DNA of 64,000 nucleotides from an uncultured archaeon (GCA_964524025.1 CAZGBT010000002.1:11210-75209), one strand, 5' to 3'; positions 28,662 through 40,030 are shown, counted from the first letter of the stretch. Notes: generated by a model from the letters alone, not told the origin. Numbers and translations are program-made.

Positions 28662-30944
28662 ATGGAAAAGAAAAAAGAAGTAAGGCTTAAGGTTGGCGAG
28701 CTAACTGCCAGAGAAGAGGCTGGAAGAGGTATTGTTAGGATTGATTCCAAAATTTTGCAAGAACTAGGAATAAAAGAAGGTGATGTAGTAGAAATTGAAG
28801 GGAAGAGAAGAACTGCCGCTATAGCTGTTAGAGCTTACCCTGCGGATGTTGGCTTAGGTCTAATAAGAATGGATGGAATAACTAGAAGAAATTGTGGTGC
28901 TGGTGTAGGAGATTGGGTAAAAGTTAGAAAGGCTGATGTAAGAGAAGCGAAAAAAGTTGTTATAGCCCCTGCCGAAAAAGGAGTTGTTGTTAAAACTTCT
29001 CCTCATCTAATTAAACAAAATCTTTATATGAGACCCGTTGTAAAAGGAGATATAATAGTACCTTCTCCAATTGTAAGAAGAACTTCTGGTTCAGAATTTT
29101 TTAGAGAATTTTTTGGCCTTGATTTTGAAGAGCTATTTTTCACACCTTTGTCTTTAGAGACTAAGTTTATAGTAACCAATACAGATCCTTCTGGAATAGT
29201 TAGAATTACAGAAAATACGCAACTGGAAGTTTTGCCAAAGCTTCCAGCTACCTTAAGACCTGGAGTTATTCCTACCGTAACTTATGAGGACATAGGTGAC
29301 ATGAAAGAGGTTATACAAAAAGTTAGAGAAATGGTAGAACTTCCATTAAGACACCCAGAAATCTTTGAAAGATTAGGTATAGAGCCTCCTAAAGGTGTTT
29401 TGCTTTATGGACCTCCTGGTTGTGGTAAAACGTTGCTTGCAAAAGCTGTAGCTAATGAAAGTGGTGCTTATTTTATTTCAATAAGTGGACCAGAAATCAT
29501 GTCTAAATGGTATGGGGAATCGGAGAAGAGGATAAGAGAAATTTTTGAAGAAGCGGAAAAGAATGCTCCAGCTATAATCTTCATAGATGAGATAGATGCT
29601 ATTGCTCCTAAAAGAGAGGAGGTTACTGGAGAAGTGGAAAGAAGAGTAGTTAGTCAATTGTTAACTTGCATGGATGGTCTAAAATCGAGAGGAAAGGTTA
29701 TTGTAATCGCAGCTACTAATAGGCCTCACGCTTTAGATCCTGCCCTAAGAAGGCCTGGCAGATTCGATAGAGAAATAGAAGTTCCAGTACCAGATAGAGA
29801 AGGTAGACTTGAAATACTTAAGATTCATACTAGAAACATGCCTTTGGCTAAGGATGTTGATTTGAAAGAGATTGCTGACAAAACTTACGGTTATGTAGGG
29901 GCAGATCTGATGGCATTATGTAAAGAAGCTGCTATGAACGCTTTAAGGAGAGTATTACCAGAAATAAGAAAATATAAGGAAGGTGAGGAAATTCCAAGAG
30001 AAGTGTTAGAAAAGTTAGTTGTAACAAAGGAAGATTTTGAAGATGCTTTAAAAGTTGTTGAACCGAGTGCTATGAGAGAAGTACTGGTTGAAATACCAAA
30101 AGTTACGTGGGACGATATAGGAGATCTAGAAGAAGCAAAGAAAACTTTGAGAGAAATGGTAGAATGGCCTTTGAAACATCCAGAAAGCTTCAAAAGATTG
30201 GGTATCGAACCGCCTAAGGGCATTTTGCTTTATGGACCTCCTGGTTGTGGTAAAACGTTGCTTGCAAAAGCTGTAGCTAATGAAAGTGGTGCCAACTTTA
30301 TTTCTGTAAAAGGACCAGAATTGCTTAGCAAGTGGTATGGTGAGTCGGAAAGGAGGATAAGAGAATTATTCAAAAGGGCAAGACAAGTAGCCCCCTGCAT
30401 TATATTCTTTGATGAAATAGATGCCATGGCGCCAAGAAGAGGTTTTGGTATGCATGAAGCTACAGAAAGAATAGTTTCTCAACTTCTTACAGAAATATCT
30501 GGAATAGAGGAAACAAAAGATGTTATTATAATAGCTGCTACCAACAGGCCAGATCTAGTAGATCCAGCCCTCCTAAGACCAGGTAGAATAGATAAACTTG
30601 TATTTGTACCGCCACCAGACGAGAAAGGAAGGTTAGAGATATTTAAGATTCATACTAGAAACATGCCTTTGGCTAAGGATGTTGATTTGAAAGAGTTGGC
30701 TAGAAGAACAGAAGGATATACAGGAGCTGATATAGAAGCAATTTGTAAAGAAGCCGCCATGAATGCTTTAAGGGAGGATATAAAAGCAAAGGAAGTTAAA
30801 ATGAAACATTTTGAGGAGGCCTTAAAAAAGATCAAACCTAGCATAACCAAGGAGATGGTCGAATTTTATAAAAAATTCGAAGAAAGAAGGAAAAAGGTAG
30901 AAAGAGTAGTAAGAAAAAAAGAAATACCAGAATATATAGGCTAA
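28662..30944 (+). CDS. cdc48: Cdc48/VCP-like AAA+ ATPase (N domain plus D1 and D2)
   Basis: Two Walker A GPPGCGKT, two DEID Walker B, second-region-of-homology in both modules. N-terminal double-psi barrel region. Confidence 0.92.
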   Translation: MEKKKEVRLKVGELTAREEAGRGIVRIDSKILQELGIKEGDVVEIEGKRRTAAIAVRAYPADVGLGLIRMDGITRRNCGAGVGDWVKVRKADVREAKKVVIAPAEKGVVVKTSPHLIKQNLYMRPVVKGDIIVPSPIVRRTSGSEFFREFFGLDFEELFFTPLSLETKFIVTNTDPSGIVRITENTQLEVLPKLPATLRPGVIPTVTYEDIGDMKEVIQKVREMVELPLRHPEIFERLGIEPPKGVLLYGPPGCGKTLLAKAVANESGAYFISISGPEIMSKWYGESEKRIREIFEEAEKNAPAIIFIDEIDAIAPKREEVTGEVERRVVSQLLTCMDGLKSRGKVIVIAATNRPHALDPALRRPGRFDREIEVPVPDREGRLEILKIHTRNMPLAKDVDLKEIADKTYGYVGADLMALCKEAAMNALRRVLPEIRKYKEGEEIPREVLEKLVVTKEDFEDALKVVEPSAMREVLVEIPKVTWDDIGDLEEAKKTLREMVEWPLKHPESFKRLGIEPPKGILLYGPPGCGKTLLAKAVANESGANFISVKGPELLSKWYGESERRIRELFKRARQVAPCIIFFDEIDAMAPRRGFGMHEATERIVSQLLTEISGIEETKDVIIIAATNRPDLVDPALLRPGRIDKLVFVPPPDEKGRLEIFKIHTRNMPLAKDVDLKELARRTEGYTGADIEAICKEAAMNALREDIKAKEVKMKHFEEALKKIKPSITKEMVEFYKKFEERRKKVERVVRKKEIPEYIG

Positions 30945-31498
30945 ATCTCTTTTTTCCTTATTCTATAACCATAGAGTGCACCTACTATTAAACCAGCTAG
31001 ATGAGCCTGATGAGCTATATTAGAAGGGATGAACATTCCAATAAACGATATAAGAGCCCAGATTAGGGCTGCAAAAATAAGAGGCATTGGTACGTACCCT
31101 ACATAAACTATTAAAGAAGGTTGTATCATAGCCAAAGCTCCTATAATACCGTAAATACCACCGCTAGCACCTACAGCCGGTATCTTACCAAAGGGATTTG
31201 TTAAAAAGTATGCTAAATTTCCTACTATGCCTGCTATCAAAAAAATCTCTAAGAATTTTCTTGAGCCAACTCTTAGTTCAAGATAGTTTCCAAACATGAT
31301 TAAAGCAAACATGTTGAAAACAAGATGGGAAATTCCTGCATGCAGAAAAATAGAAGTTACAAAACGCCAAGGCTGGGTAAAAGCAAAAGCTGGAACAAAA
31401 GAAAAGAGCTCGTCAATGGAAGGAAATAAAAGTTGAAATAAAAACATCAAACTACATATTACAAAAATCCAGAACGTATAGTTTTTTCTATAAATCAT
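30941..31498 (-). CDS. Rhomboid-family intramembrane serine protease
   Basis: [12 protein letters not shown] (catalytic Ser) and AHLAGLIVG (His). Six TM helices. Confidence 0.8.
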   Translation of the reverse strand: MIYRKNYTFWIFVICSLMFLFQLLFPSIDELFSFVPAFAFTQPWRFVTSIFLHAGISHLVFNMFALIMFGNYLELRVGSRKFLEIFLIAGIVGNLAYFLTNPFGKIPAVGASGGIYGIIGALAMIQPSLIVYVGYVPMPLIFAALIWALISFIGMFIPSNIAHQAHLAGLIVGALYGYRIRKKEI

Positions 31499-31501
31499 AA
31501 A

Positions 31502-32023
31502 TTAAGTTAAGTTTTGTGGAAGATAATTTTTTAGCCTTTTGTATAATTTAAACAAAGCTCTTACGTCATCTTCACAATGTTTTATGATTAGTTTTTTGGA
31601 ATTTTTGTCACCTTTCAGCGCCTTTAAATAAAGGTTTAACATGTCAGAACCTTCTATTTTTAACTTTCTTATTCCAAAAAATCTACAAACTTCGCTTAAC
31701 TTATAATTTTTCAGCCTTAGGTTTTCTTTAACGAATTTATACAAATCTATTATTTTCATTTCGAAAAGAACTTTTGCATCAAGCTTATGCTTAAGACATC
31801 TAGCTATCAAAAACGGTATATCGAAAGAAGAATTCCAAACTACAACCTCTTTCTCCTTATCCTCTTTTAAAATTCGGAGAAATTTTTTTAGGCACTTAGC
31901 TTCTTCCTTAGGTTTATTAACAAAAATAACTTTAGCTTCTCCATTTGAAGAAATAAAACCAATTGCAATTACAATCCCTGTTGAAGCATCCAATGAAGTA
32001 GTTTCTATATCTAAAAATATCAT
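31502..32023 (-). CDS. DnaQ-like 3'-5' exonuclease (DEDDh)
   Basis: Exo I FLDIETT; Exo III HCEDDVRALFKLY. Confidence 0.65.
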   Translation of the reverse strand: MIFLDIETTSLDASTGIVIAIGFISSNGEAKVIFVNKPKEEAKCLKKFLRILKEDKEKEVVVWNSSFDIPFLIARCLKHKLDAKVLFEMKIIDLYKFVKENLRLKNYKLSEVCRFFGIRKLKIEGSDMLNLYLKALKGDKNSKKLIIKHCEDDVRALFKLYKRLKNYLPQNLT

Positions 32024-32056
32024 GTTAATTTTAAAGAGAATTTTAAAATTAATAAA

Positions 32057-32797
32057 TTGTTAATGAGATCAAAACTTATAACAACCCTCCTAATATTTCT
32101 TCTATCCATTTCTTTGACTATTCTTATAACATCGGCCTCTTTAGAAAAAATGACTAGATATGAAAATTTAAAACCTCTGCTAGAGAATAGCTTAAAGAAG
32201 TTTCTTGAAAAAAATCTAAAAAACGAAATTGCTGAGATAGAAAATTTCTGTGAAAAAACCAATGAAACTTTTTCCCTAACAATTTTTAACAAAACTATTA
32301 ACATCACATGCCAAAATTATTCGCGAGATGTCATGCTGGAAAAGTTGGCTAGTTCTTTTATTGATTCATTCTATTATAAAAAATATAACTGCAGCTTCGT
32401 AGAGTGCCTAAAAAAGGATCTTAAGAGAAACTCTCCAATCTTAATTTCAAAAGAAGGAAACTTATTTTATAAAAGAGTCAAGAAAACAGCTGCAACTTCG
32501 ATTTTGTTTTTATTAATTCTTTTAGGACTTCTTTATTCAAGTAGAGTACACAAACTTTTAATATTAGTAGGAAGTTGGCTAATTTTCCTTTCTTTACCTT
32601 TAATTATAACCCCCTATTTTCAAGACAATTTCTTAGAATTTTTCGCTGGAACTCGAGGCATAGAAGTGATTGTTCCGTTATTATCAGAATTTCTAAATTT
32701 AACTCAATCTTATGCAAAAATTTGTTTGGCTATAGGGACTTGTATATTAGGAGTTGGCTACCTACTAAAGTACCATTTCAAGAGAAAAAGTAGCTAG
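32057..32797 (+). CDS. Membrane protein, hypothetical
   Basis: N-terminal TM/signal plus two C-terminal TM helices; N-x-S/T-rich extracytoplasmic loop. Confidence 0.4.
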   Translation: MLMRSKLITTLLIFLLSISLTILITSASLEKMTRYENLKPLLENSLKKFLEKNLKNEIAEIENFCEKTNETFSLTIFNKTINITCQNYSRDVMLEKLASSFIDSFYYKKYNCSFVECLKKDLKRNSPILISKEGNLFYKRVKKTAATSILFLLILLGLLYSSRVHKLLILVGSWLIFLSLPLIITPYFQDNFLEFFAGTRGIEVIVPLLSEFLNLTQSYAKICLAIGTCILGVGYLLKYHFKRKSS

Positions 32798-32981
32798 CCT
32801 ATGTACCAGAGATTTTTCTCGTTTTTCTTCTGAATTTTTACCCATTTTTCTAATTGTTCTACAAAGAATTTCTCCAATTTTTTCATCTTCTTCTTTGTTA
32901 CATCATCCTTCTTCATGCTAAGTTCAATCTAAATTAAGGAAAGGGGTTTAAAAATTTAACGCGAAAAACAGATTTAAAATT

Positions 32982-33407
32982 ATGTTAGTTAGGAATGCTA
33001 TGAAAAGAAATGTAATCGTAGCAAATCCAAATTTAACTCTTAAAGAAGCTTCTCAAGTTATGGTAAAATTTGAAATAGGAAGTTTGGTCGTAACAGAAGA
33101 CGATAAGCTAGTTGGAATAATAACAAGTACAGACATCTTAAAATGCATCGCCGAAGGTAAGGATATAGAAAAAACGACGATAGGCTCTGTCATGTCAAAG
33201 CCAGTAATTACAATATCTCCAGACGAAAAGATAGAAGACGCAGTCAATCTAATGCTAAAAAATAAAATCAAAAGACTTGTAGTCACAGAAGGTAATAAAA
33301 TAGTCGGTATAATAACAGCTTCTGATATAATTTCGATAGAGCCAAAATTGATAGAGAAGCTATCGCAACTTCTCTCAGTTAAGTTGCCAGGTTATAGCGG
33401 TGGTTAA
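32982..33407 (+). CDS. CBS-pair domain protein
   Basis: Two CBS repeats (GSLVVTEDDKLVGIIT.. / KRLVVTEGNKIVGIIT..). Confidence 0.8.
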   Translation: MLVRNAMKRNVIVANPNLTLKEASQVMVKFEIGSLVVTEDDKLVGIITSTDILKCIAEGKDIEKTTIGSVMSKPVITISPDEKIEDAVNLMLKNKIKRLVVTEGNKIVGIITASDIISIEPKLIEKLSQLLSVKLPGYSGG

Positions 33408-33784
33408 ACGATTTGTACATTAGAAGTATAACAAATTATTTCGTATTTATTCTTATACTTGATAAATTTTCCTCTTACTATTAACCTATCGCCAGGTGCT
33501 ATTCTCAGCTCTCTTTTGTCGACTTTGCAGAAAACGAAAATAGATTTTCCAGTTTCATCTTTTAAGTAAAACCTCTGATAAACATAACCCTTTCTCGATA
33601 TGTAATTTTTCAGAACTTTTACGACATAACCACTAACTTCAACGTTCTTATTAACTGGTAAATCTTCAAAAAGTCGAGAAATTTTGTAAGTTGCATAAGA
33701 AGTAAAAGTAGGTTTAAAGTAAAGAAGTAAAATAGCAGAGAGAGCTATAGGTATTAACAATAAAAGCAAACAGATTCTCTTCAT
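33404..33784 (-). CDS. Membrane-anchored OB-fold protein (paralog of 57493..57891)
   Basis: N-terminal TM helix, then VEVSGYVVKV...GDRLIVRGKFIKYKNKYEI OB-fold-like pattern. Confidence 0.5.
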   Translation of the reverse strand: MKRICLLLLLIPIALSAILLLYFKPTFTSYATYKISRLFEDLPVNKNVEVSGYVVKVLKNYISRKGYVYQRFYLKDETGKSIFVFCKVDKRELRIAPGDRLIVRGKFIKYKNKYEIICYTSNVQIV

Positions 33785-33817
33785 TAATTTTAGTTTAATT
33801 TTTTTGAAATATTACTA

Positions 33818-35692
33818 TCACTTTAACCTTATTGCTTCTAAATTTCTAGGAGCAATGGTTTCTATTTTAAAGATTCTATTAACTAATTTGGCAAAATAAG
33901 CCGCTTTTTGATTTTCTCCATGAACCACTATTATTTTGCTAAGTCTTGAATTAGATGCAACTCTTGATATATATCTTAGCAATTGCCTTCTATCGGAATG
34001 TGCTGATAAGCCATCAACTGTATGGACTTCCATTTTTATTTCAAGTGTATATGTTTTTCCATCCTCGTTTTTCATTGGTATCTCTCTCAATCCTTTCTGA
34101 ATCTTCCTACCCAAAGTTCCTTCACCTTGGTAACCAACAAAAATTAAGCTATTTTTTGGATCTTCAGCCAATCTTTTCAAATGCTCTATAGCTGGACCAC
34201 CTATTAGCATACCAGAAGTAGATATAATAACGCAAGGCTTATCTTCCCAAGCTTTTTCTCTATCTTGCTTGGAAGCTATCCTTTTGAAGATGGGATTAAC
34301 AAACGGGTCTTCGCCGCTAAAGATTTTTTCTTGCATATCTCTATTCATGTATTCTGGATAAGCTGTAAAAATTCCATTTGCATCCCAAATCATACCGTCT
34401 AAAAAAACAGGGTATTCAAAATTATTTTTTAACAAAATTGTCATAACTTCTTGGGCTCTTTCGACAGCAAAAGAGGGTATTAGACAAATTCCTCCTCTTT
34501 CCATCGTCCTATTTACAATTTCCATAAATTGTTTCTCTACCTCATCCCTAGGAGGCATTATATCTTCTCTTCCACCGTAAGTAGATTCTATTATTAAAGT
34601 TTCAACTCTTCTAAATTTAGTCCATGCTGGATCGAGCAAGTTTGTTTTGCCATATTTTTGATCTAAAGCGTAGACTATGTTATGCATGCCTTCTCCTATA
34701 TGTAAATGTATGATAGCAGAACCTAGAATATGCCCAGCATTAAAGAATGTTAATCTTATATCAGGAGCTATATCGGAAACTTCGTTGTATTCAATTGGGA
34801 TAGCCCTTTTTAACGCTTCCTTAACACCTTTTACTGTAAAAAGTGGCTTTGTTGCGTTTTTTTGCATAACATCGATAAAATCAAGCCAGAGGAGAGTTGA
34901 AAGATCTATCGTTGGCGGCGTTGCGTACCAGGGTCCGTCATACCCATACTCATATAAAGCTGGTAAGAATCCTACATGGTCTAAATGACTATGTGATATT
35001 ACAATTGCATCCAATTCGCTATAATCAAATTCCTTAGTAGAAAAGATAGGATAAACATTTGCATTAGAAGCTCCAACATTTACTCCACAGTCTACTAGAA
35101 TTTTTGACTTTGGAGTTTCGAGAAGCATACAAGACCTGCCAACTTCTCTCCATCCACCAAGCCCTATAATTCTTATCCAAAACCTTTCAGCTTCTCTTTT
35201 AGAGAAAATCTTTTTGCCAACTCTATTCAAAAAATCTTTTCTAAATTTTATTTCAGACTTTATAAAATTCCTAACTCCTAGAACAACCTTAGATTCAACA
35301 GATGGTATTCTTTCTACTATAGGAACCCAAAGTGTTTCCTCTCTTATTTTCTTTAAGATTTCACCTTTTCTTCCTATAACTTTTCCAGGCTTTTCTGCAG
35401 CTATATATACTATGCTTCTATCTTTTTCAAAATATATTTCCTTTATATTTGCATCTGGTGGTACTATTTCTTTTATTTTTTCTTCAACCCATTTCTCATC
35501 TGGCAAGCATTCTTTTTCTAGTCTTACTTTAATCCTTTTTTTAATTTGAGAAACAACCTCCTTTACAATTTCGCGATGTTCTCTGAAAAAATCTTTGTTC
35601 TTTGTATAAACTATTATTTCGCAACCTTCAAGCTCTATTCTGCTAACTACTCCTTTAGGTAGTAAATTCTTTACAGTTTCCAAAATTTCCAT
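33818..35692 (-). CDS. aCPSF1: KH-domain plus metallo-beta-lactamase/beta-CASP ribonuclease
   Basis: Two N-terminal KH-like modules, HSHLDHVG metal motif, beta-CASP region. 624 aa. Confidence 0.88.
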   Translation of the reverse strand: MEILETVKNLLPKGVVSRIELEGCEIIVYTKNKDFFREHREIVKEVVSQIKKRIKVRLEKECLPDEKWVEEKIKEIVPPDANIKEIYFEKDRSIVYIAAEKPGKVIGRKGEILKKIREETLWVPIVERIPSVESKVVLGVRNFIKSEIKFRKDFLNRVGKKIFSKREAERFWIRIIGLGGWREVGRSCMLLETPKSKILVDCGVNVGASNANVYPIFSTKEFDYSELDAIVISHSHLDHVGFLPALYEYGYDGPWYATPPTIDLSTLLWLDFIDVMQKNATKPLFTVKGVKEALKRAIPIEYNEVSDIAPDIRLTFFNAGHILGSAIIHLHIGEGMHNIVYALDQKYGKTNLLDPAWTKFRRVETLIIESTYGGREDIMPPRDEVEKQFMEIVNRTMERGGICLIPSFAVERAQEVMTILLKNNFEYPVFLDGMIWDANGIFTAYPEYMNRDMQEKIFSGEDPFVNPIFKRIASKQDREKAWEDKPCVIISTSGMLIGGPAIEHLKRLAEDPKNSLIFVGYQGEGTLGRKIQKGLREIPMKNEDGKTYTLEIKMEVHTVDGLSAHSDRRQLLRYISRVASNSRLSKIIVVHGENQKAAYFAKLVNRIFKIETIAPRNLEAIRLK

Positions 35693-35703
35693 TTTTAATT
35701 CAC

Positions 35704-36315
35704 CTAAATTTTATGCCTTTCTATCTCAATACCTTTTTCAGTAATTTTTACAACATCTATAGCTTTACCACCCGAAGCTATATCCCTTTCTACGGCAGCT
35801 TTTATAGCTCTAATAGCAAGCTTAGCCCCTTCTTCAACAGTTATATCGGGTTTATAAGCATCTTCCAAAACTCCTAAAGCTATTGGCGATCCAGAGCCTG
35901 TTGAAAAAAACTTCTTCTCCTCTTCTAAACCTCCTACTGCATCTAACGAAAAGATAGCTGGACCTGAGTCGTCTACTCCAGCAATTATAAGTTGAACAAA
36001 GTAAGGTAGTATTTTACTAGATTGTAGTATATTTGCTAGTAGAGTTGCAGCCCCCTTTACAGAAAGCTTTCTCTTATTCTCCATTTCAAAAAGTTTAAGC
36101 TCAGCCCTCATATACCTAACCAGTGTTTGAGCGTCTCCGCTCACTCCCGCTATTGTCATAACAATCTTATCATCTATTGGGTAAATTTTCTCCGATTCCT
36201 TACTCGCTACTAAATAACCAAGAGTTGACTTTTTCTCAGCTGCTACTACTACTCCATCTTTACAAATTAATCCAACTGTTGTAGTTCCGCTTTTTCTAAC
36301 AGGCAAATCCTTCAT
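35704..36315 (-). CDS. psmB: Proteasome beta subunit (propeptide plus Thr1 active site)
   Basis: ...RKSG|TTTVGLICKDGVVVAAEKK; GSGS region. Confidence 0.9.
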   Translation of the reverse strand: MKDLPVRKSGTTTVGLICKDGVVVAAEKKSTLGYLVASKESEKIYPIDDKIVMTIAGVSGDAQTLVRYMRAELKLFEMENKRKLSVKGAATLLANILQSSKILPYFVQLIIAGVDDSGPAIFSLDAVGGLEEEKKFFSTGSGSPIALGVLEDAYKPDITVEEGAKLAIRAIKAAVERDIASGGKAIDVVKITEKGIEIERHKI

Positions 36316-36434
36316 GCTCTCAAATCCAAGAAAACTAATTCTAATTATCGAGTAAATTTTAAATAATTTTTGGTTTTTACGAAGGAAGGTTTGATGAAGT
36401 TTTTAAGATAAAAACGAAAGTTCAAAATGAAAGT

Positions 36435-37670
36435 ATGAAAATAGCAGTGTTAGCGGATTTCCATTTGGGATTTAGCATAAGGCCGGAATTAGAAAACGAT
36501 CCTTTCCTCAACGCAAAAGAAGCTATAGAAAAAGCCTTAGATTGTGATCTGATTTTAATAGCTGGGGATATATTTGATACAAGATCCCCCAAACCAAAAG
36601 TTTGGTACAATGCATTAAGATTGCTTTCTTTACCGCTTAAGAAACCTTCAAACGTAAAACTGGTAAAATGCACCAAGGAATTGCCAGAAATAGTGAAAAG
36701 AAGAACCCTCTCTCATTTGCCAGTTGTAGCAATCCACGGTAATCATGAAAGAGTACCGAAAGGTGAGGTAAATCCTTTAAAAATATTGGAAGGTGCCGGT
36801 TTGCTTATTTATTTGCATACAGATACGATAATTTTCGAAAAAAATGGAGTTAAAGTAGCTATTCATGCTATGTCACATGTACCAGAAAGGTTTGCTTACG
36901 ATTTCTTAAAAAACTGGAATCCTAAGCCACTAGAAGATTGCATTAATTTATTACTTCTCCACCAAAGCATAGAACCGTACGTTTATTCTCCGATAGAAAT
37001 GCCAACACTTAACGTATCAAATTTACCTAAAGATTTTGATTTGATAGTGAATGGACATATTCATATTCATGCCGTTGAAAAACTTGGAAAAACAACTTTG
37101 GTAATACCAGGAAGTACTGTAATTACACAATTTCAACCAAGCGAATCTCAAGTAAAAAAGGGATTCGTTAAAATTTTTATAGAAGACTCAAAAATTAGGA
37201 TAAAATTTGTTGAATTAGAAAATCAAAGGGAGTTTTGTTACAAAGAACTTAGATTACCCAAGACTAATGCTAAAAATTATGTTGAAGGTGAAATAGAGAA
37301 ATTAATAAAAAGAAGTAAAGGAAAGCCCGTTTTAAAGTTAAAAATAATTGGAGAATATACTGACATAACAGACAGAGATATTCGTGATTTAGAAAAAAAA
37401 TTTAAAGAGAAGTGTATAATCCTATTTTCAAAAGAGTTAATTTCGCCAGAAATTAAGGAGAAAATAGAAATTTTAAGATCCTTAAGGGAGGAGAAAAAAT
37501 CGATAAGAGAAATGGGTATGAGTTTATTAAAAGAAACACTTAAAGTTTTAGGATTTGGATGGAGTTTTGATTTCGAAACCATCTTGCATCTATTAGAAGA
37601 AAAAGAGGTAGAGAAAGCTATGGAGCTATTGCTCGGTGAACAAAAAACCCTCTTAGGGTGGTTTAAATGA
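36435..37670 (+). CDS. mre11: Mre11 DNA double-strand-break repair nuclease
   Basis: Phosphoesterase motifs DFHLG, GDIFD, GNHE, GHIH. Confidence 0.88.
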   Translation: MKIAVLADFHLGFSIRPELENDPFLNAKEAIEKALDCDLILIAGDIFDTRSPKPKVWYNALRLLSLPLKKPSNVKLVKCTKELPEIVKRRTLSHLPVVAIHGNHERVPKGEVNPLKILEGAGLLIYLHTDTIIFEKNGVKVAIHAMSHVPERFAYDFLKNWNPKPLEDCINLLLLHQSIEPYVYSPIEMPTLNVSNLPKDFDLIVNGHIHIHAVEKLGKTTLVIPGSTVITQFQPSESQVKKGFVKIFIEDSKIRIKFVELENQREFCYKELRLPKTNAKNYVEGEIEKLIKRSKGKPVLKLKIIGEYTDITDRDIRDLEKKFKEKCIILFSKELISPEIKEKIEILRSLREEKKSIREMGMSLLKETLKVLGFGWSFDFETILHLLEEKEVEKAMELLLGEQKTLLGWFK

Positions 37671-40030
37671 TTAAAAAAGTCGTTTTAAAGAATTGGAGGT
37701 CCCATCTTTTCTCTGAATTTGAATTTTCTAAGGGTACGAACGCTTTACTAGGTCATCTAGGTAGCGGAAAGACTTCTGTTTTAGACGCTATTTGTTTTGC
37801 TCTATTCGGAACATTCCCTCATTTACAGACAAGAAAAGTTAAACTAGATGATGTAATAATGAGAAAACCCGAACCAAAACAAAGAGCAGAGATAGAACTA
37901 ATCTTTGAAGTTAATGGAAAGGAATATTACGTAAAAAGGATTGTAGAAAGGAGAAAGGGAACTGTCTATTCTGAGCTAAGAGAAAACGGAAAACTTCTAG
38001 AAGCTCCAAGCTCTAGCAGGGTTACCGAACTGATTCAAAATATTTTGAAAGTTGATTACGAGCTTTTCTTTAGGGCAATTTATTCGGAGCAAAATCAACT
38101 AGATTTTTTCCTTTCTATACCCAAGGGTAAACGTATGAAAAAAATAGACGAATTACTTGGAATTGATAAATTTGAAGAAGCAAGAAAAAACTGTGTCACT
38201 TTAGCTAATAGATTAACTGAAAGAAAAATAGGGAAAGAGGATTTTCTAAGAATCGTAAATCTAGAGGAGATGGAAAAGGAGTTAAAGGAGGTCAAGGAAA
38301 GTATTTTGAAGATAGAAAGAGAAATAAAGACATTAGAAAAACAAATTGAACAAAATAGAAAAGAAAGGGAAAGGATAGAAAACGAACTTGGCCAACTTAA
38401 ATCTATCAAAGAAAAAATTGAAAATTTAGAAAAAGATGAAAGAGAGCTTGTAACTCTTATTAAATCTTTAGAAAAATCAATCGAAGAACTAAGGAAAGGT
38501 ATAAAGGAGTTAAGCTACGAAGACGTAAAAAAACTTTTTTCAGAAACAGATAAAATCCTAAAGGATAAGAAGAAGGAGAAAGAACAACTAGAAACTATAT
38601 ACAATTCACTTAAAGAAAAGAAGTCAAAAATCTTAGGCGAGCTTTCAATGGTTAATAAAAGGATAGAAGAATTAAAAGATGAGATAGAAGAAAAGAAAAA
38701 AATAGAAGAGCAAATTGAAACTCTTGAAAAAAAATTTGGGAAAATAGATGAATTAGTTAAAGAGAAGAAAGAGGTTCTTGAGAAAACGAAAGAAAAAATA
38801 AATTCTTTGCAAGAAAGGTTGAAGATTTTACAAGAAAGTGTTATAAGATTAAAAGAATCCGAAAAAAGATGCCCAACATGCGATACTCCTCTTCCAGAGG
38901 ATAAAAGAAGAAATCTAATTCAAAGTAAAGAAAGGGAAATTAGCTCAAAAAAGGAAATCCTTGAAAATTTGCTTAAAAAAGAAAAGGAACTTAAAGATGA
39001 CTTGGAATTGCTACAGAAGAAAAGCGAAGAATTGAAAACTTTTAAAATAAAGCTAGAGAAATTTGCAGGATTGGATGAAGAACTTAAAAGAATATTAAAG
39101 TTGGCAGAAGAGAGGGGAAAGGAGTTAGAAGCTATTAAAAAAGAAATAGAAAAAACAGAAGAAGAAATTAAAAGATTGGAAGAGCATATTTTAGAGAAAG
39201 AGAGAGAATTGAAGGACCTAGAATTTGTACTCAAAACTTTTGAACTAATAGAAAAAAAGGAGAAAGAACTGGTGGATAGTAGAAAAAAATTAATGGAAAT
39301 TAGATCTTTTATCGATTCCTTAAGGAAAAAAATAGAAGGAAGAAACGTAGAAGAGTTAGAAAGACGTTTCTATGATTTAAGTCTAAAAGTGAAAGAAGAC
39401 GAAACAAAAAAAGAGAGCTTAACACAAATGCTGGAAGAGAAGAAAAAAAGAAACGAGGAACTTGCTTTTAAAATAAACCAGTACAAAAAGGAAAAGAAAG
39501 AAATAGAAAAATTAGAAAAACTTATAAAAGATCTTAAAATTTTGGAGAAAGGCTTACAAATTACTCAAGAAGAGCTAAGAAAAAGATTTGTTTCAGCTGT
39601 GAATGCAGCCATGGAAAGGATTTGGGAAAGTATTTACCCGTATAGGGATTTCATTGGAATTAGGCTTAATGTAGAGGGTGGGGATTATGTGCTGCAACTT
39701 CAAGAAAGAAGTGGTAAGTTTATAAATGTTGAAGGAATAGCATCAGGTGGAGAAAGAAGCCTAGCCTGCTTAGCTCTCAGAATTGCTTTTTCCCTTGTAT
39801 TGGCTCCTCATTTAAGGATTTTGGTCTTAGATGAACCAACTCATAACTTAGATAGAAAGGCTATAAAAGATTTTGCAAGAACTCTGAGGGAGAACATTCA
39901 TGAATTTATAGACCAAGTATTCTTGATAACACACAACCCTGAGTTGGAGGAAGCTATTACAGGTTTTGCTTATAGATTGGAAAGAGATAAATCGCGTGAC
40001 GAACCAACCAGAGTTATTAGAATCATTTAA
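37667..40030 (+). CDS. rad50: Rad50 ATPase
   Basis: Walker A GHLGSGKTS, long coiled coil with CPTC zinc hook, signature and D-loop (LDEPTHNLD). ATGA overlap with mre11. Confidence 0.9.
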   Translation: MIKKVVLKNWRSHLFSEFEFSKGTNALLGHLGSGKTSVLDAICFALFGTFPHLQTRKVKLDDVIMRKPEPKQRAEIELIFEVNGKEYYVKRIVERRKGTVYSELRENGKLLEAPSSSRVTELIQNILKVDYELFFRAIYSEQNQLDFFLSIPKGKRMKKIDELLGIDKFEEARKNCVTLANRLTERKIGKEDFLRIVNLEEMEKELKEVKESILKIEREIKTLEKQIEQNRKERERIENELGQLKSIKEKIENLEKDERELVTLIKSLEKSIEELRKGIKELSYEDVKKLFSETDKILKDKKKEKEQLETIYNSLKEKKSKILGELSMVNKRIEELKDEIEEKKKIEEQIETLEKKFGKIDELVKEKKEVLEKTKEKINSLQERLKILQESVIRLKESEKRCPTCDTPLPEDKRRNLIQSKEREISSKKEILENLLKKEKELKDDLELLQKKSEELKTFKIKLEKFAGLDEELKRILKLAEERGKELEAIKKEIEKTEEEIKRLEEHILEKERELKDLEFVLKTFELIEKKEKELVDSRKKLMEIRSFIDSLRKKIEGRNVEELERRFYDLSLKVKEDETKKESLTQMLEEKKKRNEELAFKINQYKKEKKEIEKLEKLIKDLKILEKGLQITQEELRKRFVSAVNAAMERIWESIYPYRDFIGIRLNVEGGDYVLQLQERSGKFINVEGIASGGERSLACLALRIAFSLVLAPHLRILVLDEPTHNLDRKAIKDFARTLRENIHEFIDQVFLITHNPELEEAITGFAYRLERDKSRDEPTRVIRII

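Noticed and set aside
32020-32307. 95-aa minus-strand ORF
   Set aside because: Overlaps the start of the plus-strand membrane-protein gene and the intergenic region; low-complexity; likely spurious.
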